A stretch of DNA of 38,422 nt, taken from a virus (lineage: Duplodnaviria; Caudoviricetes). The position numbers and the translations under genes are program-made. Location of the stretch: positions 1 through 38,422 of the IMG/VR virus record IMGVR_UViG_3300044820_000057; one strand, written 5' to 3'. The notes under the pieces were generated by a model, which ran no database searches, was not told the origin of the DNA, and saw only the letters and a program-made list of their open reading frames with translations. Shown here piece by piece: positions 9,657 to 19,032 of the stretch. Every line of letters starts with the position of its first letter. Positions within the stretch are counted from its first letter, which is position 1.

Positions 9657-10420
9657 TGGCCACCATTCCAAAGCCGGCATTTCCCAACGTGCCCGCCCTC
9701 CCGGGCGTGCCGCAGGTGCCGCGCTCCAATTTGTTCCCGGCGGCGCCTCCGCCGGCCCTTAACGCGGTCATCGCGCTGGGCCGGCTCGCGCTGTCGTTGA
9801 CCTCTAAGCCGACGTGGGGCGTCTACAAGGTGACGCAACCGCCGGCGGCGCCCGGCGCTGACGGGTTGGAGACGGTGGTGGTATCGGCTACCCCGCCCCC
9901 GCCGGTCATCATCCCCGACAGCTATAGCCGATTCCAGTACAAACAGGAATGGAGCGTGTCCAGCGCACCCGTGCAGGAAGGCGGCTTTGCCTCCTACAAC
10001 AAGGTGGCCAGCCCATATGAAATCACGCTCAAAATGGTCAAGGGCGGCACCCTCAGCGACCGCAAGACCTTCCTGGCCAACCTTGAAACGGTGGCGGCCT
10101 CGCTCGACCTGTACAAGGTGGTGACCCCGGAGCGCGCCTACATCAACGCCAATATCACGGGCTTTCGGGTCACGCGCGACGGCGCGCAGGGCGCGTACTT
10201 CCTGACGGAAGTGGAAGTATCGTTCTTGGAAGTCCGCCCCGTGCAGGCGCAGTACACCAGCACCGGCGCCAACACTACAAACGCCCAGAACCCCAGCGCG
10301 CAGCCTGTGGCCAACCAAGGCACCCTCAACAGCACCCCGCCGGCCAGTCGGTTGCAGACCACCGTGGACAGCGTGCTGGGCCCGCTGCGCTCGCTGGCCA
10401 ACGTCATAGGGGCAGGCTAA
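9656..10420 (+). CDS. Tail tube initiator/Dit-like baseplate protein
   Basis: PVQEGGFASYNKV..P and VVTPE..Y motifs; TGATG coupling to the tape measure gene. Confidence 0.7.
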   Translation: MATIPKPAFPNVPALPGVPQVPRSNLFPAAPPPALNAVIALGRLALSLTSKPTWGVYKVTQPPAAPGADGLETVVVSATPPPPVIIPDSYSRFQYKQEWSVSSAPVQEGGFASYNKVASPYEITLKMVKGGTLSDRKTFLANLETVAASLDLYKVVTPERAYINANITGFRVTRDGAQGAYFLTEVEVSFLEVRPVQAQYTSTGANTTNAQNPSAQPVANQGTLNSTPPASRLQTTVDSVLGPLRSLANVIGAG

Positions 10421-10731
10421 TGCGTGTCGTGCCACTTGCCGCGGTTCCGTCGCAGACCCTGGCCATTGTGCTGGACGGGCAGAATGCGCAGATTGCGTTG
10501 CGCCAGAACGGCTCATTCCTATACTTCAGCTTGTCGCAGGATGATAGCCCCATTGTGACCACGCGCATTTGCCGCGATCGCCAGCTGCTGCTGGTGGATG
10601 CGCGGTACCGTGGGTTCAAAGGGGATTTCCTGTTCGTTGACCAGCAAGGCGACACGGACCCCACCTTTACCGGCCTGGGCGCGCGGTATCAGCTGGTGTT
10701 CGTCAGCGCTTCGGAAATCGCACCCACATGA
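10420..10731 (+). CDS. Small baseplate hub/plug protein
   Basis: VPLAAVPSQ..., Y.GF.GDF.FVDQQG..DP...GLG.RYQL; position in the baseplate cluster. Confidence 0.7.
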   Translation: MRVVPLAAVPSQTLAIVLDGQNAQIALRQNGSFLYFSLSQDDSPIVTTRICRDRQLLLVDARYRGFKGDFLFVDQQGDTDPTFTGLGARYQLVFVSASEIAPT

Positions 10732-11615
10732 GCGCGTCAAGCTACAGCGCGGAAAAGTTGTTGCGGGTGACACTGATCCTGGCCGGCTCCGGTAGCACGT
10801 TCCCCGGCACCAACAGCAACACGCTGATCCTGTCCAACCTGCGCGTGACCGCGACCGTGCAGGCTGTGGCGCGCCTCGCGGTGCAGGCCGACATATCCAT
10901 CTACGGGATGCTGCGCGCGGACATGGACGCGCTGACCGTGGCCTGGGCCAATCCCCCCATCGTGCGTGACCATATCGTGATTTTGGAAGCCAACAGCGGC
11001 GACGGCTGGACGCAGGTATTCAAGGGCACCATTCTTGAAGCGCAACCGGACTACCAGAGCGCGCCGGATGTCTTTTTCAGGCTACAGGCTATCACGGGGT
11101 ATTTCCAGAAGATCAACGCGGCCGCGCCAAACAGCTATCAAGGCGCCGTGAAAATCGGCGCCGTGGTGGCGGACCTGGCCGGCAAAATGGGTTTCACTTA
11201 CACCGACGGCGGTGCCACCGGGGTGCTGAATTCCCCGTACCTTAGCGGCTCGCTGTTCGACCAATTGCAGCAAGCTTGCCAGGCTGCGCAGGCGGACTTC
11301 TACATACAGGGGGACACCATACTGGTGACCCCGCAGGGCCTGCCACGGAAACAACAGCCGTCGCTGGTGTTGAACGCGGATTCGGGCCTCATCGGTTATC
11401 CGTCATACGAGCGCGCGGGCTTGAATGTCGTGGCCATTTTCGACCCGGCGATACTGTGCGGCAGTCCGATTGACATTCAATCTATCGTGCCCAGCGCATC
11501 GGGCCGGTGGTACCCCTACTCCACGCAGCACCTGCTAGAATCCAAAATGCCGGACGGCGCGTGGTTTTCTAAGATGTTTTGCCTGCGCGTGCTGGGCGAA
11601 GATTCCACGCCATGA
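10728..11615 (+). CDS. Baseplate hub protein
   Basis: 295 aa; IYGM, VFKGTI..A.PDY..APDV and GLIGYP motifs; precedes the spike gene. Confidence 0.75.
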   Translation: MSASSYSAEKLLRVTLILAGSGSTFPGTNSNTLILSNLRVTATVQAVARLAVQADISIYGMLRADMDALTVAWANPPIVRDHIVILEANSGDGWTQVFKGTILEAQPDYQSAPDVFFRLQAITGYFQKINAAAPNSYQGAVKIGAVVADLAGKMGFTYTDGGATGVLNSPYLSGSLFDQLQQACQAAQADFYIQGDTILVTPQGLPRKQQPSLVLNADSGLIGYPSYERAGLNVVAIFDPAILCGSPIDIQSIVPSASGRWYPYSTQHLLESKMPDGAWFSKMFCLRVLGEDSTP

Positions 11616-12265
11616 CGGCCGTGGCGCTTCAAGTCCCCGCGGACGTTGCCAGCGACTATGCCACGCTGCGCTTTATCATCCAGCAGTCCCTGCTGCGGAT
11701 GCAAACCGCCATGCCGGTCAAGGTGGTGAAAGCCACGAACCCGGGCAGCGTCGCCCCCGTGGGCTTCGTGGACGTGGTGCCGCTGGTCAACCAGGTGACG
11801 GGGGACAACACCGCGGTGCCCCACGTGACCATTTTTGGCGTCCCCTACTGCCGGCTGCAGGGCGGCGCCAACGCAGTCATCCTTGACCCGGAAGTGGGGG
11901 ACGTAGGTATTTGCCTGTTCGCCTCGCGCGACATTTCGGCCGTCAAGGCCGATCCGCAATCTGCTGTCGCCAACGGCGCCAACCCCGCCAGCGCGCGCAC
12001 GTTTGATTTTGCGGACGCGGTCTACGTGGGCGGCATGTTGAATGCGGTCCCCACGCAATACGTGCAATTCTCCACCGCCGGGATTAAGCTACTGTCCCCC
12101 ACGAAGGTGACCATTGAAGCCCCGGCGATTGAACTTAAAGGCCCCGTGACGGCCACGAGCACCATTGACGCAACCGGCGAAATCACGGGCAACGGCACGC
12201 ACCTGCACACGCATATGCACAGCGGCGTGCAGCCTGGCGGTGGCAACACAGGGCCCCCGGTATGA
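11612..12265 (+). CDS. Baseplate central spike (gpV/gp138-like)
   Basis: ATG at 11612; VDVVPLV, RLQGG.NAVILDP.VGD.G..FASRDIS; C-terminal metal-binding HTHMHSGV..G...TGPP. Confidence 0.85.
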   Translation: MTAVALQVPADVASDYATLRFIIQQSLLRMQTAMPVKVVKATNPGSVAPVGFVDVVPLVNQVTGDNTAVPHVTIFGVPYCRLQGGANAVILDPEVGDVGICLFASRDISAVKADPQSAVANGANPASARTFDFADAVYVGGMLNAVPTQYVQFSTAGIKLLSPTKVTIEAPAIELKGPVTATSTIDATGEITGNGTHLHTHMHSGVQPGGGNTGPPV

Positions 12266-12615
12266 ACTCCACTCTCCTGCTGGATAACACCTTTTGGGAT
12301 TTGCTGGTGGATTCGTCCGGCAACATCGCCATGGCGTCCCCGCCCTATTCGCTCGCGCAAGACGTGGCCAGCGCCATCAAGCTATTCCTGGGGGAACTCT
12401 GGTACAACAACCAGGCCGGCGTCCCCTATTTTGGCGAAATTCTGGGCCACGCCCCGCCCATTGGCGTTTTCCAGCAGTACATGATTGCCGCGGCCCTGAC
12501 GGTCCCCGGTGTCGTGTCGGCAGACTGTGCGATAGAATCGACGGATGGGCGCACCGTAAAGGGCGCCGTTACGTTCACCGACACCAACGGCACAACCTCC
12601 AGCGTGGCCATCTGA
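12262..12615 (+). CDS. Baseplate wedge/sheath initiator (gp25-like)
   Basis: WDLLVD..GNIA, AQDVASAIKLF.GELWY...GVPYF motifs. Confidence 0.8.
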   Translation: MNSTLLLDNTFWDLLVDSSGNIAMASPPYSLAQDVASAIKLFLGELWYNNQAGVPYFGEILGHAPPIGVFQQYMIAAALTVPGVVSADCAIESTDGRTVKGAVTFTDTNGTTSSVAI

Positions 12616-12616
12616 C

Positions 12617-13828
12617 ATGCCAACCAACGTACCCCAAGTCCAGTTCACCCCCACGGGGCTGGTGCTGCCGCAGGAATCGGCCATCTTGGCCGGCGTGCAG
12701 GCGGATTACAATGAAGCCTTCGGCGGCAACCTCAACCCGGCGTTGGAGACTCCGCAAGGCCAGCTGGCCACCAGCACCACGGCCGTGATTGCCGATGCCA
12801 ATGGGCTACTGGCGGAATTCGTCAACCAGGTGAACCCTGACACCGCGGACGGGTTCATGCAGGATGCCATCGCGCGCATCTACTTCCTGAATCGGTCCCC
12901 GGGCGCGCCAACGGCCGTGCAGTGCGATTGCACGGGCGCCTTCGGTACCACCATCCCAATCGGCGCGCAGGCCCAGGACACGAGCGGCAACCTGTACATC
13001 TGCACGCAGGCGGGGACCATCCCCGTGGGCGGCACGGTTACGCTGCCATTCGCCAACGTGGTCAACGGCCCCGTGGCGTGCCCCGCTAACACGCTGACGA
13101 AAATCTACGTGGCCATCCCGGGGTGGGACACCATCAACAACCCGGCGGACGGCATCCCGGGCAACGACGTGGAGACGCAGGCGGCCTTTGCCTACCGGCG
13201 TCAACAGTCGGTGGCGTTGAACGCGCGCGGCTCGCTGCCCTCCATCTATGCCGCAGTTTTCGACGTGCCGGGCGTCATTGACTGCTACGTGTTCGAAAAC
13301 ACCACCAACAGCACCGTCCCCGTCGGCTCGACCAGTTACAACCTTGTGCCCCACTCGCTGTATGTCGCGGCCGTGGGCGGTTCGCCTGACGCCATCGCAA
13401 AAGCGATTTGGACGAAAAAGGACGTGGGTTGCGACTACAACGGCAACACCACCGTGACCGTGACGGATGACAGCGGCTATCAACCCCCGCTGCCCAGCTA
13501 CACGGTCAAGTACGAAATTCCGCCAGCGCTGCCGATCAAGTTTGCCGTGGAAATCGCGGCATCTTCCGGGCTGCCCGCCAACATCGTGGACTTGACCAAA
13601 GCGGCCATCATTGCCACATTCAACGGCACCGACGGCGGGCAGCGCGTCCGCATCGGTTCGTTGCTGCTGGCGTCCAAGTTTTACCCGGGCGTCATCGCCA
13701 TTGGCCCTGAAGTGTCGGTGCTGTCCATCCTGCTAGGCTCCGCCACGCCCACGTTGACATCGCAGCTGATCGGTATCGACCAGGCGCCCACGGTGGTGGC
13801 GGCTGACATTTCGGTCACGCTGGTGTAG
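12617..13828 (+). CDS. Baseplate J-like wedge protein
   Basis: ETPQGQLA, G.MQDAIARIYFL.R, G.DVET..F..RR, HSLYV.V.GG motifs. Confidence 0.85.
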   Translation: MPTNVPQVQFTPTGLVLPQESAILAGVQADYNEAFGGNLNPALETPQGQLATSTTAVIADANGLLAEFVNQVNPDTADGFMQDAIARIYFLNRSPGAPTAVQCDCTGAFGTTIPIGAQAQDTSGNLYICTQAGTIPVGGTVTLPFANVVNGPVACPANTLTKIYVAIPGWDTINNPADGIPGNDVETQAAFAYRRQQSVALNARGSLPSIYAAVFDVPGVIDCYVFENTTNSTVPVGSTSYNLVPHSLYVAAVGGSPDAIAKAIWTKKDVGCDYNGNTTVTVTDDSGYQPPLPSYTVKYEIPPALPIKFAVEIAASSGLPANIVDLTKAAIIATFNGTDGGQRVRIGSLLLASKFYPGVIAIGPEVSVLSILLGSATPTLTSQLIGIDQAPTVVAADISVTLV

Positions 13829-13831
13829 CCC

Positions 13832-15988
13832 ATGTCCACGTGGACATACCGCACAACCCTGGGTAGCGGTTTCGGCACGCACCAGACCCGCAGCCGTAAC
13901 GGGACCACGGTGTGTTTCCGTGTCGGCACCGCGTACCGGTCTGCGGATGGCGGCACGACGTGGAGCGCGCCGGCCAGCTTGCTGGACGGCGGCGCCGGCT
14001 CCGTGCTCGCGCCCACCGCGGGCAAATGGAATATTGCCGCATACCCGGGCTTCGGCTGCTACGTGTCCACGGATGATGGCCTCAACTACAACAACATTTC
14101 CAGCGGCTTCATTTCCGCGCAGTCTAGCAATGCGATCACGGATGGCGCCGGCTCATCCATCTTCCTGGGCGCAGGTAGCGCCGTGGTGGCGTGGTCTACC
14201 GACAGCGGCGCGACATGGCACAACACGAGCAGCCCCCCGTGGGCCCCGTCATTTCCATCGCAGGCGACCACCTGCTGCTGGGACGGTACCCAGTTTGTTA
14301 TGCTTCTGCGCAACGGCAGTGCGTTGGACATCTACACCGCCCCGGGCGGCTTCAGTTCCGGCACGGGCCCGGTGTGGACGCTGGCGCAGTCGGGCACCCC
14401 GGCCGCGGGCGCTATCATTTCTGCGGCGTTGGTGGACGGGAACGTCGCATACCTACCCGGCGTCGGCTACATTGCCACGTGCGTGGGAAATTTCCCGACC
14501 ACGCAGCAAGGCATAGTCATTGCCTCCACGCTGGCCGGCCTCTACACCGCGCCCGTCGTCACTCCCACAGGCTGGACTTCCGGCGCCGGGGTACAGGGCG
14601 TATGGGCGGCCAATGGCGCCATTTTCGTTGCCGAGTCTAACGGCAAATTGCATCGGTCCACGGATGGCGGCACCACGTGGAGCACGGAAACCACCAACCT
14701 GCCCACGTCCACGTCCAACGTGGTCAATTTTGCCTTTGACTCGGTTGCCACCAAGTACATCGTTATCAATGCCGCGGGTGAAGTGTCCAACGCAGACAGC
14801 GGCGTGCTGGTGCCCAACGTCGTGGGCCAGCTGCAGGCGACCGCGCAGGCCAACATCATCAGCGCCGGCTATACCGTCGGCGTCGTGTCCACGGGCACCA
14901 GCCTGACGGTTCCCCTGGGCTACGTCATCAGCCAAAACCCGGTTGGGGGCGTCCTCGACCCGCCGGGCACCGCGGTGGACCTCGTGGTGTCTTCCGGGCC
15001 GCCATCGTTCACGGTGCCCAGTGTCGTGGGCTACCCGTACCCGGTGGCCGTGTCGGTCCTGTCCGCTGTCACCCTCGTGGTGGGCACGGTCACCGACATA
15101 CACAGCGAGACGGTGCCCCCGGGCTCCATCATCGCGCAGGCGCCGCTGGCGGGCACCCCCGCATTCATCGGGCAGGCCATCAACCTGACGCGCTCGCTGG
15201 GCTCCAGCTTCAAGGTGGTCCCCAACATCGTGGGGGATACCATCAGCGCCGCAGCGCAGGCGCTGCTGGACGCGGGGCTGCTGCTGGGCGATGTCACCAT
15301 AGACACGTCCGGCGCCGGCACTGTGGGCGCCGTGGTGTCGCAGGGCGTCCCGGCCGGCGCGCTGGTGCAGCCGGGCACGCGTGTGTCTGCGGTGCTCGCG
15401 GCGCTCGTGGGGCCTTTCAACGTTGACCGCACTGTCATTTCGCAGTACGCCAACAGCCCCACGCTGCTGCGCCTCGTGCATAACATGCAGGACTACATTG
15501 ACCCGCGCGCGAACCTGACAACCTTCTATGACTACGTGTGGAACGTGGACACCGCGGTGGGCTTCGGGCTCGACATTTGGGGGCGCATCGTGGGCGTGTC
15601 GCGCCTACTCAAGATCCCCAACACGGCCAACCTTTTCGGCTTCGAAAATTCGGACATCCCGCCCGACTGGCAGCCCTTCAACCAGGGCACCTTCTACACC
15701 GGCGCGGAAGCCTCGCAAGCGTACCTGCTGCCGGACGATGTCTACCGGACGTTGATCCTGACCAAAGCGCTGGCCAACATCGTGGCCACGAGCGCGGCAT
15801 CCCTCAACCAGCTGTTGCGCAACCTCTTCCCCAACCGCGGGCGCTGCTATGTCATTGACAACGGCGGCATGTCCATGTCGTTTAAATTCGAATTTGCCTT
15901 AAGCGACGCGGAATATGCTATTCTCACGCAGTCTGGCGCCCTTCCACACCCGGCCGGCGTGGCCTATGACGTAATCGTTGCCCCGTAG
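13832..15988 (+). CDS. DUF2612 baseplate wedge protein fused to an Asp-box beta-propeller and three PASTA domains
   Basis: Four SxDxGxTW-type Asp boxes; three VPNVVG...VISQ.P..G.....V.L.VS units (about 14804-15405); C-terminal TVISQYANSP..AVGFGLDIWGRIVGV..L.DD.YR.LI..KA..NI (from about 15416). Confidence 0.8.
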   Translation: MSTWTYRTTLGSGFGTHQTRSRNGTTVCFRVGTAYRSADGGTTWSAPASLLDGGAGSVLAPTAGKWNIAAYPGFGCYVSTDDGLNYNNISSGFISAQSSNAITDGAGSSIFLGAGSAVVAWSTDSGATWHNTSSPPWAPSFPSQATTCCWDGTQFVMLLRNGSALDIYTAPGGFSSGTGPVWTLAQSGTPAAGAIISAALVDGNVAYLPGVGYIATCVGNFPTTQQGIVIASTLAGLYTAPVVTPTGWTSGAGVQGVWAANGAIFVAESNGKLHRSTDGGTTWSTETTNLPTSTSNVVNFAFDSVATKYIVINAAGEVSNADSGVLVPNVVGQLQATAQANIISAGYTVGVVSTGTSLTVPLGYVISQNPVGGVLDPPGTAVDLVVSSGPPSFTVPSVVGYPYPVAVSVLSAVTLVVGTVTDIHSETVPPGSIIAQAPLAGTPAFIGQAINLTRSLGSSFKVVPNIVGDTISAAAQALLDAGLLLGDVTIDTSGAGTVGAVVSQGVPAGALVQPGTRVSAVLAALVGPFNVDRTVISQYANSPTLLRLVHNMQDYIDPRANLTTFYDYVWNVDTAVGFGLDIWGRIVGVSRLLKIPNTANLFGFENSDIPPDWQPFNQGTFYTGAEASQAYLLPDDVYRTLILTKALANIVATSAASLNQLLRNLFPNRGRCYVIDNGGMSMSFKFEFALSDAEYAILTQSGALPHPAGVAYDVIVAP

Positions 15989-15999
15989 GATTGCCCACA

Positions 16000-17238
16000 A
16001 TGCCCGGCCAACCGACACCGCCCCTGATTGTTGAACCGTTCGGCAAAAATGCTGGCGGCTCATTCATCCAGAACCCCATCCCGCTGACCACGTCCAGCCC
16101 GGGGCGCGCGTCGTTTGACCAGGGATTCCCTGCGCTGACGATGACCCCGGAAGTGGCCGGCGGCGTCCCGCCCTACGGCCAGGACGTGAATGGCATCCTG
16201 TACATGGTGACGGCGCACATTGCCGCCCTGCAGGCTGGCCAGCCCTACCTGTACAGCGCCACGCTGTCCACCGCCATGGGCGGCTATGCCGTGGGCACCA
16301 TCCTGGGCATGGCCGACGGTACGGGCCTGTGGATCAACCAGACATCAGGCAACACGACCGACCCGGACGGCGGCAGCGCGGCGGGTTGGCTGCCGGTCTA
16401 CCGGTACGGCTACACGGCTTTGACGGGGCTTACGGGCGGCTCGCGCACGCTGACCGCCGCGGAGGCGCGCAGCGGCGTCATTACCCTGGCGGGCACGCTG
16501 GCGGGCAACCAGACCATTGTGTTGCCCAATACGCTGCAGACTTGGCTGATAGTCAACAACACCAGCGGTGCCTTTACCACCACGGTCAAGACGGCCGCGG
16601 GCACCGGCGTGGTGGTGCCGCAGGGCGGATATGGCGCCCCGGTGCAGGTGTACGGCGAAGGAACGAACATCTACCCCACCGTGGCGCCGCTGACGATTCC
16701 CACCAGCGTATCCCCCACCGCCAACACCTACGTGCTGCGCGACAACCTGGGCAACGTCTACGCGGCTGCGCTCAACCAAAACACGGGGTACGAGACGCCC
16801 ACCATCGGCGCCCTGTTCGTGGAGAATGCGGCGCATGACGGCTTTTTGCGCAAAGTCCACTTGACCGACGTAGAAGCCCAGTTACTGCTGGAAAACATGG
16901 GCGGCCACGTACAGGCCGTCCAAATGTCGGCCGGTGCGTCCGCTGCCAATTTCACGCCCACGGTGGGGCCTTTTGCGACGCCCGGCTATTGTAAGCTGCC
17001 CAACGGGCTGATTTTCCAGTGGGGTAGTTCCGGCTCCATCCCGGCGATCAGCACGGCACACCAGACGTTCCCGCTGGCCTTCCCTATCGCGTGCCTCAAC
17101 ATTCAAATCACGGCCACCGGTGGCGCGGGCACGGCGCAGTCGCACGACCTCGCGGCCAGCAAGAATGCCACGGGCTTCAACCTGACCAATGACGCATCGG
17201 TTGCGTCAACCTTCGATTGGTTCGCCATCGGCTATTGA
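16000..17238 (+). CDS. Tail fibre protein
   Basis: AGGA RBS before ATG 16000; N-terminal anchor GFPALTM.P..AGGVPP.GQD.NGIL; C-terminal GYCKLPNGLIFQWG...FP.AFP..C...WFAIGY (gp53-like) domain. Confidence 0.85.
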   Translation: MPGQPTPPLIVEPFGKNAGGSFIQNPIPLTTSSPGRASFDQGFPALTMTPEVAGGVPPYGQDVNGILYMVTAHIAALQAGQPYLYSATLSTAMGGYAVGTILGMADGTGLWINQTSGNTTDPDGGSAAGWLPVYRYGYTALTGLTGGSRTLTAAEARSGVITLAGTLAGNQTIVLPNTLQTWLIVNNTSGAFTTTVKTAAGTGVVVPQGGYGAPVQVYGEGTNIYPTVAPLTIPTSVSPTANTYVLRDNLGNVYAAALNQNTGYETPTIGALFVENAAHDGFLRKVHLTDVEAQLLLENMGGHVQAVQMSAGASAANFTPTVGPFATPGYCKLPNGLIFQWGSSGSIPAISTAHQTFPLAFPIACLNIQITATGGAGTAQSHDLAASKNATGFNLTNDASVASTFDWFAIGY

Positions 17239-17249
17239 GGAATTCCGCC

Positions 17250-17600
17250 ATGATCCGCAAACTTGCCCTGTCCCTCGTGCTCGCGCTGGTCGCCCTTCCG
17301 GCCGCGGCCGCGTCGCTGTACGTCACCGAGTTTGTGGGCGCGCCGCCCACGTCGGTGTACTACCAGGCCGTGAAGCAGCCGGAAGTGACCACGCAGGTGT
17401 TGAGCATCGGCGGCAGCAGCGTCCAGTCTGCGCCGTTCGGCTCCACCACGGGCATCGTGCGCGTGCAGGCCGATGCGGCGTGCCACATCGTAGTCAACGG
17501 CTCCCCGACGGCGACCAGCACCAGCATGAAGCTGACGGCGGGGCAGACGGAGTATTTCGTGGTCACGCCCGGGCAAATCCTGGCCGTCATCACGGACTAG
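17250..17600 (+). CDS. Small beta-rich protein with Sec signal peptide
   Basis: GAGG RBS; MIRKLALSLVLALVALPAAAA leader followed by a beta-strand-rich mature region. Confidence 0.7.
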   Translation: MIRKLALSLVLALVALPAAAASLYVTEFVGAPPTSVYYQAVKQPEVTTQVLSIGGSSVQSAPFGSTTGIVRVQADAACHIVVNGSPTATSTSMKLTAGQTEYFVVTPGQILAVITD

Positions 17601-17604
17601 CGCC

Positions 17605-17820
17605 ATGCGCGTGTGGCTGTACAGACTCGCGGGCGCCATCTTTGTGCTGACGGTGCTGGCGCATGTCGCGCGCGCGGGGATGCTGTCATCCCCTGGCCAT
17701 CTGATGGGCCCCGGTCCCGGCGTGGGCAGCCCATCGCCCCCGACCAATCACAACATCACCACGGAAGCCGGCGTGGCCATCACCACGGAAGCCGGCGTGG
17801 CCATTCGCACGGAGCAGTAG
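17605..17820 (+). CDS. Small exported protein with ITTEAGVA repeats
   Basis: MRVWLYRLAGAIFVLTVLAHVARA leader; fills the gap between its neighbours with 4-nt spacers. Confidence 0.6.
   Translation: MRVWLYRLAGAIFVLTVLAHVARAGMLSSPGHLMGPGPGVGSPSPPTNHNITTEAGVAITTEAGVAIRTEQ
17755..17802 (+). repeat. 24-bp tandem repeat, two copies (ATCACCACGGAAGCCGGCGTGGCC)
   Basis: Exact in-frame duplication encoding ITTEAGVA twice, followed by a degenerate third unit (IRTEQ). Confidence 0.9.
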
Positions 17821-17824
17821 ACCC

Positions 17825-19018
17825 ATGAAGCGTATCGCACTATTCGCCGGCCTCGCGCTGGCGCTACTCACCGGCACGGCCGGCGCGCAGGTGAAAATCA
17901 GCGCGCTGCCCGCCGGCACCACGTTGGCAGGCACCGAAGCGCTGCCCCTCGTGCAGTCGGGCGTCACCGTACAGAGCACCCCGGCAGCCTTCGGCACTTA
18001 CATCCTGGGCGCGCCCAATTCGGGCAGCCTACTGATCGGCGCCGGTGCGGGCGTCGCGCCGACCACGGACACGGCCCTGACGTGGACTACGGGCACGCAG
18101 ACGCTGACCATGGGCACCACCAGCGTGGCGGCCGTCATCCAGCCCACGCAGCCCACCGGGGCCGCTACGGGTGTCAGTCTGACCGTCAAGGCGGGTCAAG
18201 GTGGCACGACCAACGGCGGCGGCGGCAACATTACCGTCAGCGGCGGCGATCAGGCCGCCGGCACCGCGGGCAACGGCGGCGCGGCCACGGTGCAGGGCGG
18301 TAGCGCGCTGGGCACTGGCAATCGCGCGGGCGGCGCGGCCACCCTCAAGGGCGGCAACGGTTCGGGCTCGTCGGCGGGTGGTGCCGGCGGCATATCGGGC
18401 GGCAACGGCGGCGCTACTGGCAACGGCGGCCCCGCCAACATGAACGGCGGCGCGGGCGGCAGCACGTCAGGCAACGGCGGCAGCATCAACGCCAGCGGCG
18501 GCAATGCCACCACGTCCGGCAACGGCGGCAGCGTGACTTTTACCGGCGGTATTGCGGCGGGCACCACCAAGAACGGCGGCACGCTCGCATTCAACGCGGG
18601 GCAACCTACGTCGGGCGGCACGTCGCTAATCACATTCTCCACCAAGAATTTTGATGGCTCCATCAACAACGCGGGCCAGTTCGACAGCACGGGGAAGTTT
18701 ATTACCTTCCAGGCCGTCGCTGACCAATCGTACAGCCGGCAGACGCCCACGACGGGCTTTGCCATCACCATCGGCAACCAGAATGCAAGACTCGTGTTGC
18801 ATCCGGCTGGTACCCTTGCCACGGGCACCGTCACGATGCCAGCCGCGCCGATTGACGGGCAGTTGGTGGAAGTGATGAGTGACCAGGCAGTCACGACGCT
18901 GACGGTTTCGGCAAATGCGGGGCAGACCATTGCGAATCCGCCCACCACGCTGGCCGCCGGTACGGGCTTTGGATACCTCTACTGCGCCGCTGACACCGAA
19001 TGGTACCGGCGCTTCTAG
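17825..19018 (+). CDS. Signal-peptide-bearing Gly-rich fibre/adhesin-like protein
   Basis: GGAG RBS; MKRIALFAGLALALLTGTAGA leader; QVKISALPA; repeated GNGG/GG units about 15-16 aa apart; C-terminal PAGTLATGTVTMPAAPIDGQ..WYR domain. Confidence 0.7.
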   Translation: MKRIALFAGLALALLTGTAGAQVKISALPAGTTLAGTEALPLVQSGVTVQSTPAAFGTYILGAPNSGSLLIGAGAGVAPTTDTALTWTTGTQTLTMGTTSVAAVIQPTQPTGAATGVSLTVKAGQGGTTNGGGGNITVSGGDQAAGTAGNGGAATVQGGSALGTGNRAGGAATLKGGNGSGSSAGGAGGISGGNGGATGNGGPANMNGGAGGSTSGNGGSINASGGNATTSGNGGSVTFTGGIAAGTTKNGGTLAFNAGQPTSGGTSLITFSTKNFDGSINNAGQFDSTGKFITFQAVADQSYSRQTPTTGFAITIGNQNARLVLHPAGTLATGTVTMPAAPIDGQLVEVMSDQAVTTLTVSANAGQTIANPPTTLAAGTGFGYLYCAADTEWYRRF

Positions 19019-19032
19019 ACTGAGGGCGAATC

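Noticed and set aside
17755-17802. Tandem repeat as a CRISPR array or DGR template
   Set aside because: Only two adjacent in-frame copies, no spacers, and no reverse transcriptase in the window.
18220-18600. GGCAACGGCGGC-type repeats and the collagen-coding repeats near 34800-34980 as DNA-level elements
   Set aside because: Explained by Gly-rich protein repeats; synonymous positions vary.
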